Origin: Sphagnum compactum | Taxonomy: Eukaryota | Direction: 5' to 3' | Assembly: GCA_965153455.1 (NCBI GenBank) | Contig: OZ234494.1 | Location: 3,286,001 to 3,350,000, forward strand | DNA length: 64,000 nucleotides | Part shown: positions 1 through 13,552 of the stretch, one piece after another | How the letters are laid out: each line of letters opens with the position of its first letter | Position numbering within the stretch: the first letter of the stretch is position 1 | Position numbers and translations under genes: made by a program | Notes under the pieces: generated by a model | What the model was told of the DNA's origin: nothing | Database searches by the model: none | Seen by the model: the letters and a program-made list of their open reading frames with translations, nothing else

Positions 1-244
1 AACAAATTTTTACATGAATAGAGAGAGAAAGACCTTCTTCATGGACGGATGGATTGATAAATGATTCATCCAAAAATGTCTTTTAAAGAATGAAAAATAA
101 AGTCAAAATATACTGTAGATTATTATGGAGCAATTTTCAAGCAATGGGTTGGCTTCACCACATCCAAAAAGGAAAGGAAAAACATAGATGATGGTGAAGC
201 TTCATCTATCACCATCATACCTAACCCAGAAGGAAGAACCATTC

Positions 245-845
245 CGATGACGACGACGATGATGATGATGAGAGGAATGGATGATTTTCCCAAATGGGAT
301 TTCACACCAATTCCAAAAAGAAAAATCATATAGATGATGATGATGATGAAGATGATGATGATGATGATGAGAGGAATGGATGATTTTTTCCAAATGGGAT
401 TTCACACCAATTCCAAAAAGAAAACTCATATAGATGATGGTGAAGATGATGATGATGATGAGAGGAATGGATGAATTTTTCCAAATGGGATTTCACACCA
501 ATTCCAAAAAGAGAAATCATATAGATGATGATGATGATGAGAGGAATGGATGATTTTTTCCAAATGGGATTTCACACCAATTCCAAAAAGAAAAATCATA
601 TAGATGATGATGATGATGATGATGATGAGAGGAATGGATGATTTTTTCCAAATGGGATTTCACACCAAATCCAAAAAGAAAAAACCATATCGATGATGAT
701 GAAGATGATGAGAGGAATGGATGATTTTTTCCAACGGGGATTTCACACCAAATCCAAAAGGAAAATCCGAATAGATGATGATGAAGATGATGATGAGAAT
801 GGATGATTTTTTTCCAAATGGGTATTCACAACAAATCCAAAAGAG
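245..845. repeat. Compound tandem repeat, about 7 units of ~80-105 bp, each with a variable (GAT)n tract
   Basis: The block agaggaatggatgattttttccaaatgggatttcacaccaattccaaaaagaaaaatcatatagatg recurs at ~270, 370, 460, 540, 627, 710 and 795, separated by (gat)n runs of different length. This explains the poly-His/poly-Ile ORFs. Confidence 0.95.
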
Positions 846-1996
846 AGAGGGAAAAAAAAAAGAAAAAAAAGTCAAAAATTTAAGAGAAAAAAAATTTTCT
901 GCATAAACTTTAAACTTCTGACTATACACAGAAGTTAATTTATTTATGTAATTTATTTATTCATTCTTTTTTCCTACTGCACAAAAATAATGTCTGGCAG
1001 ATTGGGGAATGTGGAAGGATTTTCAAATTCAAAAAAAGGCTCAGTGGGTATTAACTAGGGTTGAAAGCTAGTTAGTGTTTTGAACTCACACATTTGGCGC
1101 AAAAAACTAACTACCCATTTTACTCAACAACTTACATGACCCAATGAAGAGAGAGAATCAGTTGTGTAGGCTTTTTGTCTGGAGTTTCAGACTCAATGGA
1201 GTTGGTTTAGGGTTTCCTTCAGAGTGGACCCAAGAAACCCCCAAAAAAAAAAACTAAAGGTACCCAAATGTACCTACCAGCCTAATCCTTTGCTTCCAGA
1301 GAGACAAGATCCAAAAATAATATTTAACTTATTATTTAGTATTTTTTTTAAAATTATATAATTTTTTTGAGAAAGTGAAAAATTAAAAACTTCATAAATC
1401 TAGGTGCCTATTCCCCATATTGAGCAAACAAATTTGTTTTGAGAAGTGGGTTGTTGTTTCAGAGTTTAGTGGCAGAGGAGGAAATTGTGTAGTAATAGTG
1501 TGGATGGATGGATGAAAGGAATGGATGAATCTAAAGTCAACAGTTACCCATCAGATGATGGATGAATAATAGAATTGGTTAAAAACTTATGACAGGATTT
1601 TATTTTTTTACTGATGCATTTAATGGGTCTTCCATCTTAATGAGTTGAGGTAAAGACAGTAAAAGATGGGGGGGGGGGGGGGGGTGTGGGGAGAGAAAAA
1701 AAAAAAATCTTTACTTAAGTTTTACCAAATTTGTTCATCATCCAATTGATTACAAGTTTTAAATGTCAAGTTCATCCATTTTGTTCATCCATTTCATCAT
1801 TCCTCCTTTTCATCTGCTTTTTGAAATTCACAAAACACCCATTGCAAATGAAAATTGTTAGTTCAAATAGAGTTAAAAAAGAGCCACCTGTTACTTGTTG
1901 CCCTTCATCCTTCCTTCATCCATCCTTGCATTGTGACTTAGGAGTCACCCCATACCACTCATTCAACAATCATTTGGATTTCATTCATTTGTGGGT

Positions 1997-2445
1997 CATG
2001 GGTGTCGCTAAGTAGGGCTTAAAAGATGGGCCTTGAAGTGAATGTCAATGAAGACTCACAAGTTGGACTAGATGAATTTCATCCACTTTCTCAACCTCCT
2101 ATTCCATAGCTCTTCTTCTCTCTCTCTCTACATCATGGGTGTGTGGCATCGGCCGTTGTTGCGAAGTAGGGCTTAAGGTGTTAAACAAAGTCGGCTTTTG
2201 AAGTGAATTGTAAAAGAAGACTCACAAGATTGATTGGATGAATTTCATCCACTTCCTCAACCTTTTTATTGTTTTAAGCCCTCTTCTCTCTACATCATGG
2301 GTGAGGCATTGGGTGTGGCTACTAAGTAGGTCTTAAAAGTGCTAATAATAAGGCCAAGTGAATGGAAGAGAGGGCTCACAACTTTGATTGGATGAATTTC
2401 ATCCAACCTCTCAAGCTTCTGTTTCTAAGCTCTTTCTCTCTCTAT
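1997..2445. repeat. Three degenerate ~140-175 bp direct repeats, each carrying the near-palindrome GATGAATTTCATC
   Basis: catgggtg...aagtagggctt...aagtgaat...ctcacaa...gatgaatttcatcc...ctctctctctac repeats three times, with the palindromes at ~2071, ~2237 and ~2391. Confidence 0.85.
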
Positions 2446-3014
2446 ATGTATCTATCTATGTATTTATTTACTCTCATTCCATGCTCCATTAAGTAGGTTT
2501 TTTTATGTCAATTCTCCAGCATTGAAAGGCCACAACTAACTAAAACTTTCATTAGTACCACCTAGTCAGATGAGGTACATAGCTGAATGTGAATGCCAGG
2601 AGGTGAGTAAAGTTAAGCTATTAAGTAAGCTTCATGGACAAAAGGCAAAACCCTAAACCCAAGAAGTACTTGCCACTTGGGTTTGGTAAGAGCAAGAAGG
2701 TTCTAGAATGTGGGGGTGCTTCAATTTCATAACAACAACAACAACAACAATTCCATTACACTTTTACTCACAGCATTTTACAGGTCTGGATAATTATAAT
2801 GGCCTTACCCCAAGTTCACTAACCTTCAAAACCCAGTTCTTAAAATTGAAGCCTTCGAAGAGTTGAGTTGTCTGCAAAGTACCCCTAAAGATTAGGGGGG
2901 CGAGAATGAGTGACAACTCTTTTCATACTGAGATTTATTAAAATTTCCTTACTTTGCAGATACCACTGAAAGAGGGGGATAGGGGGGTTGAAAGCAGCAT
3001 GCCCAAAAGACAGC

Positions 3015-3142
3015 GTGAAGACAGGGTGAAGACTTTAGAGATAACTCAATTGTTGTTTGAAGAGGGGTCTGATGTCTAGTGAAGATAGGGTGAAGACTTT
3101 ACAGATAACTCAATTGTTGTTTGAAGAGGGGTCTGATGTCTA
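3015..3142. repeat. 64-bp tandem duplication
   Basis: gtgaagacagggtgaagactttagagataactcaattgttgtttgaagaggggtctgatgtcta occurs at 3015-3078 and again at 3079-3142 with 2 mismatches. Confidence 0.95.
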
Positions 3143-6100
3143 ATTGAGTGTTTTGGGATCGGTAGGAAATGATTTTGGACATATGAGACTTGTGCTGGTA
3201 TTGAAACATGAACTAGATTTTTAAAGACAAGGCGGGGATCTTGGTGGCAGTTGTGCATTCAATTCCCCAATTTCAAATGTTGAACTGGTGGTATGAATAA
3301 AGCTCATACTTATGGACGGACTAGGTAACCGGCTGAAGCGTGCCAGTTACCATGAATAATGTCGGAGGAGTCCTCCGAGCACGTCTTGGTAACCTGTGTG
3401 CTCAAGCTGCTGGTTACCGAACATAACCCATCCCTTGTGAGGATTGAGATGTCCTCTTTTCATCCATGCAACAAGTGGGTGGTTTTGAAACTTTCATCCA
3501 AGTGGTCAAGAGATGCGGAGGAGTCATTGGGCCAATAATGAGAGCTCAAGGTGGGGGGGGGGTTACCTTGTGCTAATTAGTAGGTTATGAATGAACCGGA
3601 GTTCAAAGGTTATGGGGTTTATTTAGGGTTCAGGTTTAGGGTTTAGGTTGTCGTCCCTTGCAACTTGATAAATTCTTTGATTTTTGAGAACCATGGTTAT
3701 ATATGGAACCAAGTTTATGTGATTGAAGGAGCCACACATATCATGTGTGACGACTACCAACACTACTACTACTACTAGAGATCACGGTTGTTATTACTTT
3801 GAATTTGTTTTGAGAGACGAAGGCAAATGTTTGCCGTGATGCTTCTTCTATGTCATGTTTGTTTTCCACGAAATTCATTTCTCTCATGTGACATAGGTGA
3901 TGTTGTAACTTTCTTGAGTATGGTATTGATAATAGGATTATTTTTAATTCGATTTGATACACTCTTAATAATTAAGCTTTTCAAATCATATTGGTGTTTT
4001 TGTGAACTAATGTGAGGTGATTACAAGATATTCACAATGTGAACAACAAGTAAGGTTTAAGGTTTTAGTTTGTTTTGTCTACCCTCTGCACAAAGATGGC
4101 GAAAGGGGTTGCATTGTTATTGTTTTTCTTAGATTATCCATCATTGCAAAAAACTTTATGAGGGCGAATGAGGGAAAGAAAGCTTGTTTTGTTGTTTGTA
4201 AACATTTGCAAAACCTAATCAAATCAAACATACAAGTACATTATCTTATAGCCTTAAAAAAGACCTTTTCAACATTATTGAATTCCTTGAATGATGCTTT
4301 GAGTGAGTGCAAGCTATCGTTTTGAATTTTTTTGTCTTTTCATTTTTTGTTTTTAACCTTTGTTGTTTAAATTTTGTGAAAACGGACGATATGTTATGGA
4401 TTGAGAACATTGTTGAAAGCACACCAACTCTTCCATTTTTGACCAATTCTAAAGTTGACATGATTAATTTCATGGATCCTCACAAGGTGTTGCTAGAAGG
4501 AGTGCACTTTCAGCCTTTTCAAGTGCATGAAATGGAGTTGAATTTGAAGGTTGGGTAAAAAGTGAAGGGTTGAAGCATCAATTTTCAAAAATGAAAAAGG
4601 ATTTGGATTTATTAAAGATCTTTAAACCAGTTCCATTCCAAACAAGAAAATTTGGATTTATAAGAGATCTTTAAACCGGTTCTCATTCCAAACAAAAGAA
4701 CACCAAAAAAAATATGATTGTGATGAAAGACAAAAATGAAGTTGAAAAAGTTGAAAGAAGATCCATTGTGTGTAGTAAGAGTTTAAAAAGAAAGGGAAAA
4801 AAAAAACCATGAAAAAAAGAAAAAAATACCAAAGGTTAACTTAATCCTTTCACATGTCAACGACACGTTTTTTATATTGAACCCCAAGCCTTTAGACACA
4901 TTCATTGTACCATAGAAAAAAATGTTGATGTGAAAAAATGAAGGAAAAAAGTTCACAAATTTTTTATATTTGGTTTTTAATGTGTAGTAAAAATTATAAA
5001 AAGGAGAGTTCAAAATTTGTATTTCATATCATATTTGTTTAAATCTTTAAATGGATGATTACCACTTTTTCTACACCTTTGTATGGATGATCTCCACTTC
5101 AATTCCAAACAAAATTTCTTGAAAAGAATGTTGGTTTAGTAGACTTTTACTGTAAGAATCATTGAATATTAAGAAATTTTGTTGGTAAAAAATCAATAAA
5201 ATATAAATTGATTTTTTAGGGGAAATTAGGGCGGGGATTGGTGGAAAGTGATCGTTTAGTAAGATTCTGATTTCTAGTGCTAGAGTTGTTTGAATGTTTA
5301 ATAAATTTTTCATTGAAATTTCAATGAAATACAAATCAAAAAAGTTATGAAAAAATTAAGGGACTTTTTTGGTATTGTTGGGAAGTGCTTAACGTGTAGG
5401 ATTATGGAGATGATTTTGTAATTTTTAGACCTAAGATGTGGAAAATAATGAATTTTGAGTAATCTTTCTCATTGGAAATTCAATAAAAATTCGAAACTCA
5501 AATTCGATTAATTGGGGCAACAAGTTCACACTTGGGCCAACAACACATGCCACACTACCATAGTATTTAAGCTAGTTCAACAACAAGGTGCCTAATAATA
5601 ATATTTTATTGTCATTTGCTTTTAGTAATAAAAATAATGACATTTTACAATTATGCACCATACTAAATAATGAAACTACTTTGCTTAGAGTTTTTTTTTC
5701 AAATTTTGGGGATGCCAAGTTAGTCTTTTTCCAAAGTTTTTGGCAATTCCAAAAAATTTAATGCCTATCAAGCCTAGGTATTAAGGTAACGTATACTAAT
5801 TCGAACATGGTTCACCCTTTCAAATTTCACATCAAACATTCAAGATTCATTAACTTATTACCATAGGGGTGTCAAATTTTAACACTGAAACATTGGGACA
5901 ATGAACCAAAATGGTTCGTTGTGATGTTTAGAAATTAATTGATCAAAGTTGACCTTATAAAAGTTCATTTTGTCTTAGCATCCTTGTTGTTTTCAAAAAA
6001 CACTCACGACAAGGTGTAAATGAATGCAGTATGGATTTCAAAAAAAATTGTTGTTGTCAAATCAAAGAAGAAGAATTATAACAAAAAAGAACAAGGTCTA

Positions 6101-7581
6101 CAACAACACCAATGACAACACATATGTTGTTTTCAAACAACTAATTCAATTTGCCTTTTTGAACACACGAAAAATAATTGAAATAACCAATGTTATCAAC
6201 TATCTTACATCTTTTTCCTTCAAAAACAAAATCCCAAAGTAGATAGACTTTTGGTATTGACAACACTTATGTTTTGCAACTATTCAACAACCCTCTATTG
6301 TGGCAACAACACCTTCCACATACATCGGGTCAAACTTTTTTGAGGTTTAGTTAAAGATCAAATCCCCTCATTGTTCATTGGATTCATAGAACTACTTAAC
6401 CCATTTTTACCATGTAATGCATTACTTCAAGGTCTATATGGTGTAATAATAAAAAAACTTGAATTCCCATTCCCTTACACCCTAAACTCATTCTAGATCC
6501 TCCTCCATTAGAAAGCCAAAAACCAAAAAAATGAACAAGCTTGAACACTAACTATACACTTTGATTCTCCAAACCATGAGCTCTCTTGGAAGCTCTTTTT
6601 TTTGTTCAGGACCAATTGGTTTTCCCTCCAAAATGATGGCATGCAAGCTAAATCACAATTTGATGTGTCCTACGTCATTTGATTTTCTTTTAGACAAAAT
6701 CATCAAATAACTAAAGAGTTGATCTTTTCTTTCACTAAACTCACCTTACATTCTAACAATGTTTTAAAACGTATGTATTCCAAGTGTTCAACTTGCGCTT
6801 TTTAACTTCTAACTGAGACAAACAAATTCCCATTAAGGCTACTTGTTATAATCCCAAAAGATGACACCACCATAGTTGAAAAGGAGCCTTTCCTTTGGGT
6901 CTCTACTGAATAATATTTACTTTTGAAGATTTATTTTTTAACAAATAAAATATTATTGAATACTCCGCTTTGTTGTACATGAATTCTCATATGCACTTCA
7001 AAAGTCTTTGTAATCTTTCTCCTAATGAAATTGGACTTGTGGTGCAACAAGCTTTGTCATATGACCCAATACATTCAACATTTATGGTGATGTGCGGCGC
7101 ATCAATCATTGTATTGTTGGGAAGATGTGAGAAGACATGAGATAATGATGAACTTCCTTAACAAGATTATGGTGGGGATGTCTAACACAATTATAAAGTT
7201 TGCTTGAATGAATGAAGAATTGTTTCTATGAATGATCATTTACGTAAATTATTTTTTAAAAATGAGAGAAAGCACAAAATGACACATTCATAGCCAAAGA
7301 AACCAAAAATGATGTTTAGATTAATATTTTTTTAATAATTAAATATAATAATAATATAATTTCAATAGATTCTTTCCTATTGCGAAACAAAAAGTGTAAG
7401 GCAAGGTGGCCTCATGGAGGGGGGGAGCATTCTTAATATAAGGGGCAAAAGCGGAGGCAATAACCAAGTCCAACCCCACATTTTCACAAATGTCACCCAC
7501 CCGTGGGTGTGACCCATTGCAATGCACAAGGAAAACATTACCACCTTACAAGAGGCATGTTATGCTTTTTTGTTCTCTAAA

Positions 7582-7850
7582 GGTGCATTCACACTTGGTG
7601 TTAGGGACTCTCGTGTTGAACCACGGCCCATTTTAGGGACTAACCGGGACATGAGAGTCCCTAACCATGCTAGTCATTTAGGACTAACCACCCAAGTTAG
7701 GCTACCATGAACATTTTATTATGTTGTTAAGCTAACATTCACTCAACATTAAAGGTTATCGGCTTCCATTTTAACATTGAAAATGCCACCTAGGATGCCA
7801 CCTAGATTTTCATTTTTTAACACCGGCTTAACATCAAGTGTGAATGCACC
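7582..7850. mobile_element. 269-bp MITE-like element with 23-bp terminal inverted repeats (possibly PIF/Harbinger-type)
   Basis: Left end ggtgcattcacacttggtgttag; right end ttaacatcaagtgtgaatgcacc, its reverse complement with 2 mismatches. No coding capacity, A/T flanks, no clean TSD. The superfamily call is an inference. Confidence 0.75.
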
Positions 7851-7896
7851 ATATGTGTTTTGATAAAGGAGGAAGAAGGTGGGAACATTCTCAATT

Positions 7897-7931
7897 GCCA
7901 CGTGGGCTAGCAAAATGGGTTGCCACGTAGG
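7897..7931. promoter_or_regulatory. Pair of G-box/ABRE-like elements upstream of the hypothetical gene at 8339
   Basis: GCCACGTGG at 7897-7905 and GCCACGTAG at 7922-7930. Confidence 0.4.
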
Positions 7932-8338
7932 CGAGCAAAAGAGTTGCCAGCATGAAAGAAACAAAAAAAGTGTGTTTCCCAATTTTCCCAATTTTGGGAA
8001 GAAGAGAATTTTGTTGGTACTTTACAAACTTCCAATTGGGAACATGAGAAATTGATGTGTTTGTTTGTTTGTTTGTTGCTTGCTCCCAAAAAAATTTCAT
8101 ACAATTGTGTTGATGCAAAACTTGCAATTCTTGCCAAAGAAATAGTCCAAAAAAAATAAAAAATTGGTGTGAGAATTTGGTGTTGGTGCAAAACTTGCAA
8201 TTTTTGCAAAGAAAGAGAAATATTTTTTGGTTGTGTCTGTTTGTTTGTGCAAGGGGGGGATTTTGTTCCTCTTTTGTTGTTGATTGTTGTTGTTGTTGTT
8301 GCCTTCTTTTGTTTGTGTTTGTGATTGAAGAAGAATCC

Positions 8339-8619
8339 ATGGCGGAGGAGGAGGAGGAGGAGGAGGAGGAGGAGAGGGAGCTCCGTAGTACTAGTAGGAG
8401 TAATGGTAACAGTAGTAGCTCCACCTTGCTGCCCAATTGGGAGGAATACGTGAACTTAGAGGTAAGAGTTGAAATCTGTTTGCACTTTTTTCTCTTTTTT
8501 TTGGGCAATTTTTGAGTTTTTGGGTGGTGTTGTTGAGCCATGATGGATGCTGGACTTGCAGGAGCAACTAATGTGAATTCTGGAGCAGTATTGCTGCAGC
8601 AGCTATTGAGAAAGACTCT

Positions 8620-8664
<45 letters not shown>

Positions 8665-9910
8665 GAGGTTCTTTGTATCTGTATGCATGGTGGTTGTCTG
8701 TCTCTGATTGGGAGTTTTTTTTTTTCTTGGGTTTTGGGTTTTGGGGATTCTTAGCTTTGTGTTTGTTTATTTTGGTTTCTTCCATAGATTCATTCGTTAT
8801 TGTAAGTAAGTGAGGAACTCCACAATGTATACAACAACTGTGGTTGCAATAGTTTGAGAAGGAAGATGAAGGACACATGATGTTTCATGTTTCTTTCTCG
8901 CAACAAGAGTAACTGCTTCTTCTTCTTTTTTCTTTTTCTTCTTCTTCTTTTTGCTTCCTTGGGGCATCAAGTGTTTTGCTTCTTTCATTCAGAGATGGGT
9001 ACTTTCTATCTTTTGGGAAGAGGGGTTGGGGAGGAAGAAGAAGAAAGAACATAACGGTTGCCTATTCCCGATCACCGTCTTTGTTTGTATTTTTCATTAA
9101 GTAATGTGAGAATTAGGAGAATTGCATTGAGCTGTTGTTGATTAGGGTTTTGCTTTGGCCCATATGATGAAGTCAGTCACTTATTCTTTCTCAGTCTCAA
9201 TTTTCTTCAGGAGGCAAAAATTTGATCAGCAATGGACATGTGGAATTTTTGGTTGTTTGAACAGGATGTCGCAAACAGGTATTTATCGGAAGAGATTATC
9301 CCCCTCCAAGACGTGGCTGGAGTACAAGGAGCAAAGCAGCAGAATTACTTGGAAAAAAAACTTGAGCAAAAATGTGGTACTACAAAACACATGCAACAGA
9401 TAGCAGCAGCAGCAGCTGACAATCACCGGAATGCGAGCTTTGATTCAAACACACAATGTCGTACTGCAACAGACATGTTCAATGACATGCACGGAACATC
9501 AACTGAGTTGGTAGAAGATGCAACAAATTATACAGGTGACAAAACCCATGATTCTGGAGCATTTTAGGGTTTCTCAAGTCTGTAGGTAGAGAGAGAGAGA
9601 GTTCAGAGAATTGTGATATTGGGAATTTCTTTGATCGAGAGCTTCTTGTTTCAACACTGTTGATAAGTATAACAATATGTGACAATTACCCCAATCATCA
9701 GATCTGAAGATTGCCGACAACCATTGTAAACAAACAAACAAACAAAATGGAATTGATGCTGCTTCATTGCTTCCAGGCCCAGCTATGCATTATGATGGTC
9801 CGAAACATGCATCCAAAATGGGAAATACTGATGCTGGGACTGGCACTGATGGAGGTCACACAGCGAGATGGAGGGGTGGAATTGAGTATGGTACATTCAA
9901 GGGTGTCTAA
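8339..9910 (+). CDS. Hypothetical spliced protein of unknown function with a Glu-rich N-terminus
   Basis: Phase-consistent model: 8339-8461 (MAEEEEEEEEEERELRSTS...LPNWEEYVNLE|gtaag), 9265-9535 (acag|DVANRYLSEEIIPLQDV...), 9777-9910 (ttccag|GPAMHYDG...GV*). An alternative 3' exon could start at ~10123. No domain recognised. Confidence 0.35.
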
Positions 9911-11879
9911 TTAAAGTCTGTAAGAAAATATGGTCCAGTGGTGGTGGCAACCTAAACCTAAACCCCTTGTTTTTCTCCTTGTGAAACTGTGAAGGATGAT
10001 GATCTGTGAATGTCTAATGACTCTGTCAAATGATACTAGTTTTTCAGTGGTGTGAATGAGAGAGAGAGAGAGAGATCTGGGTGCTGGGTTATTTTACACC
10101 GTCTCAAGTCTCTTGTGCGCAGGTAGTACTAGCATATGAAGAGCGACCAGAAAGAAAGCACAGTTTAGGGAATCAAACAAGGTGACTATCATTCAGCTCA
10201 AACAAATATGATTTGCCCATCTGTTGCTGCACACCCATTGAATTTTCCCATGGGAGAGAAGAATGATGGCAGCTTTCAGAGTTTCTTTTATTTATGTATA
10301 GAATGGTAATTGCATATTTGAAACAAGATTTGCAGTGTCTGTGTTGTTTTACTATTTTTTCTGTGATCCTCTTTCTTATGAATCTTCCCCTAACACTTTG
10401 TGACTTCCTGGGGCCTCCACTGAATCTTTTGACTGATCATCATCATCATCCTCCAAAAGCAGGAGCAGAAAATAGGAAGGATTTGTTTGCCAGGTGTGAA
10501 TTTCTTGATGAGATGTGCAAGAAGCATCTCTCTCCTGAATCTAGCTTGTGTCTTTGCAACTTCCCCAACAATTACACGCATGAAACGAAAGGAAAGGAAA
10601 GGAAAGGAATTCTCTTGAGGATTCCGCAAATAGAATGATGATAATAGGGATGATGGAAAGAGAAGGAATTGTTGGGTTCTTTTTTCCTTTTGGTGAGTTA
10701 AGAGAGTTTTGTTCATGAACATTTTGGAGATTGAATTGTGGTTTGCACCATGCTTGTTGTTGCTGTGAGCTTCTTGTCCACAGAGAACACTCCTGGGTCT
10801 GGTGGTTTTTATTTGTTTTTGGTTTTGGGGACTCTTTTGGGTGGTTGGGTCTCTTTCCACTAGAGTGATGGTGAGCTCACTTGAGCCATGCTTCCTGGAG
10901 CTTCAAACAAGTCAAGCATAACCAAAAACATTTGCACCAAATCTCCTCTACTGTAGAGATCTTTTTCTTCTGATGATGATGATGATGATGATGATGGGTG
11001 CTGCTGCAAAAGTGAGGCATAAGTTTGTGGCAAAATGCATGGAGCTGCTTATGTTGGTGTTAGACCATGCCATCACAAACACAGTTACTCCACAAATCCG
11101 CCTGGTTTTATTGTGTATAGGAACTTAAAGACATGGCTTCATCTCTTGTCAATTCTTGGCTGAAATATGTGAACTGTATTTTGTTTTGTTCAACGGAAGC
11201 AAAGAAAGAAAGCAAGCAATAGTATGCGAGTGAGCTTTTCAGTTCTCTGATCAATACGAACAAAGCTGTGATTGCACACCATTGTTGTTTGCAGGATTTA
11301 GTGGAAGGAGTGAACCAAAGAAGTGAGCTTTTCTTGTACAGAACATGAAGCTTTTCTTGTCACTGGGATGAATGAGAGGGGTTGTTCACATGACATTATG
11401 GTCTGGGGTGGCAGATTATGTCATTTTCTTGACCACATTTATATGACATAATCATCCGCTGATGATTCATACGGCACGTAATAGTGACCAAAATGACATC
11501 CCAGACCTTAAAAGTCATGGAATGGTCTTGCTCTTGCCCATTATTATGTTGGGTGTGTTGATGACATTCTTGCCCTAATGGGTTAAATTGTTGAAAATTG
11601 AAAACCATCTAAATTTTATTATTAAATATGCATAACACAAGATTTTGCATGTTTATTCCTCACCTATTGAAAATTTGAAAAATTAAATTTGAAATTGTTG
11701 AACTTCATTTTTTAAAAGAAATGTAAATATTCATCAAACAAGTGTTAAACAACAATTATAGGTACAATATCTCAACAAGACTTGATTTGGACATTTTAGA
11801 CTTGTAAATATTTTTATTCAAAATCATAATTAAATCTAATGCAATAGACTATGGACAAGCCCATGGATTTGAATCGATT

Positions 11880-12175
11880 GTCCAAGCTTTGGAAGAAATT
11901 TTCCTTGAATGCATTATTATGTGCCCTTCTCAATGAGTTCATGAATGTGGGAGAATTGGAACTATGGTTTAGATTATGAAATCAATGGAAGATGAAAGGA
12001 TTTTCTCAAACTTATTTGCATGAAAATGAAACTTGAACAAATTTTTTGAACATTTGGATTTGGCAATTCATATGTATGCATGCAACCTTCTTAATTTATG
12101 TTCTTAATTTTTTCCTTTTGATGATATCATCACAACTTGGATTGAGGAAAAAAACGAGGGGTCTTTTAACTTGAC
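11880..12175 (+). mobile_element. Degenerate hAT-like transposase C-terminal (dimerisation-region) fragment
   Basis: The frameshifted translation MKSMEDERIFSNLF.MKMKL...EHLDLAIHMYA resembles the SVxxERxFSxLxxxKxKLRNRL motif of hAT transposases. Confidence 0.55.
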
Positions 12176-13552
12176 ACACATTTTGAATAATCACTGTTGT
12201 TATGTAGATGCACAACTAGTTTTTTGAAACATCATGGTTGCCTTATGTTATAATACACGACAACTTTGCACACCCACAACATCATGGTTGCCATATGTTA
12301 TAGTACATAACAACTTTGCATACTCACAAATCCTAATTTTCACTGCATTGTAAATGTTGGGCATGTTTGGTTCATCTTCTACTATGTAAATGTTTTGGTG
12401 TTGCATCAATGGTATTTGATTTGTTTCTTTTTCAACTTTCCATTTGCTTGAATGTGGAATTTAAATTTGCAATGTTTTACAACCTACATTTTAACACTAA
12501 TTAAATGATTACCCTATTATGCACATTGTTGTGACTATGTGGGTGAAGTCTCTAGGGACAAATGCAAGTTCAATCCTATAAGAATTTAAAAGGATTTTGC
12601 ATCATCAAACAACCCCCAATTTCCGTGATGTTAACAAGTTTGGTCTTTAGGTAAATTTTTCCTTCCTTGGTGACATTTGATTGTTTTTTAATCACAAAAA
12701 CTTATGTGTGGCTTGCAAGTTAAAATATGCATTGTCATTGGGTGTAATGTCCTTTAGGACAAGAGTTCAACTCCCTCATTTGATGTTTCATATTTAACCA
12801 TGAATTTCTTGCCAAGTTTTGTCACTCCAATTTTCTCACACCTTGCAAAAAGGTCTCCCAATTTTTTTACTATAGCCTAAATCCACATTTTGTCAAACTT
12901 GAAATAATCATTATTCACATACAAAATGCAACTTGCAATAATCAAATACACAACCCCTTGTAGGGGAAATCACCATGTATTTTTATTTTCTTTATGAGGG
13001 AGCAAGAAAAGAAAACATTTTTAAAAATCCCACTTTTTTCTGATGACCTCTATGACCTCAACATTTAAATGTCACAACTTCTAATTGATTTTCCTCAAAA
13101 AATGGTGACTTTTGCACAAAAAATCCACAAGAAACCCTTGGTACAATTCATGTTTGATTTAACTTTTTTTTGTTGGTACAATGTTAAAATTCAACAAAAA
13201 AAAAAAAAACAATAAACTCAAAAAATATTTTATTGTAGCATTTATAATTATAAATTATCTTTTGGGTGAGACTTTGCTGATGAAAAAAAGGCTCAAAGTT
13301 GTAGAAATTCATGAGGATGTAGATTTTGCATAATCATTTTTTCTGATCTTGGGTTATTTATTATATTATAGAACACTCAAGGAAAGTTCCTAGTATATTC
13401 GGATTGCACCTTTTATCGATGAATATCCCTCCTAGAAAAGAAAAGAGGAGGGGTTTTATTCCTACTCCTAATGAGTGGGAAGGGATTCACACCTAGTTGG
13501 AGGTGTAAGTTCTCTCCCATTCTTAAGTAGGAGGCACATCACATGTGCTCCT

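Noticed and set aside
123..929. His-rich and Ile-rich ORFs on the minus strand
   Set aside because: They are translations of the (GAT)n-containing tandem repeat, and unit lengths do not preserve frame.
6000..7250. Possible decayed hAT/other DNA-transposon ORF on the minus strand (CAAH-like motif ~7090)
   Set aside because: Too eroded to support a call without a profile search.
8426..8461. WW-domain/CFL1-like start (LPNWEEYVNLE)
   Set aside because: No downstream exon supplies the G..YY..H/N..T..W half of a WW domain.
7891..8688. 265-aa minus-strand ORF
   Set aside because: Built from (CT)n, (CTC)n and (CAA)n microsatellites, antisense to the more plausible + strand exon.
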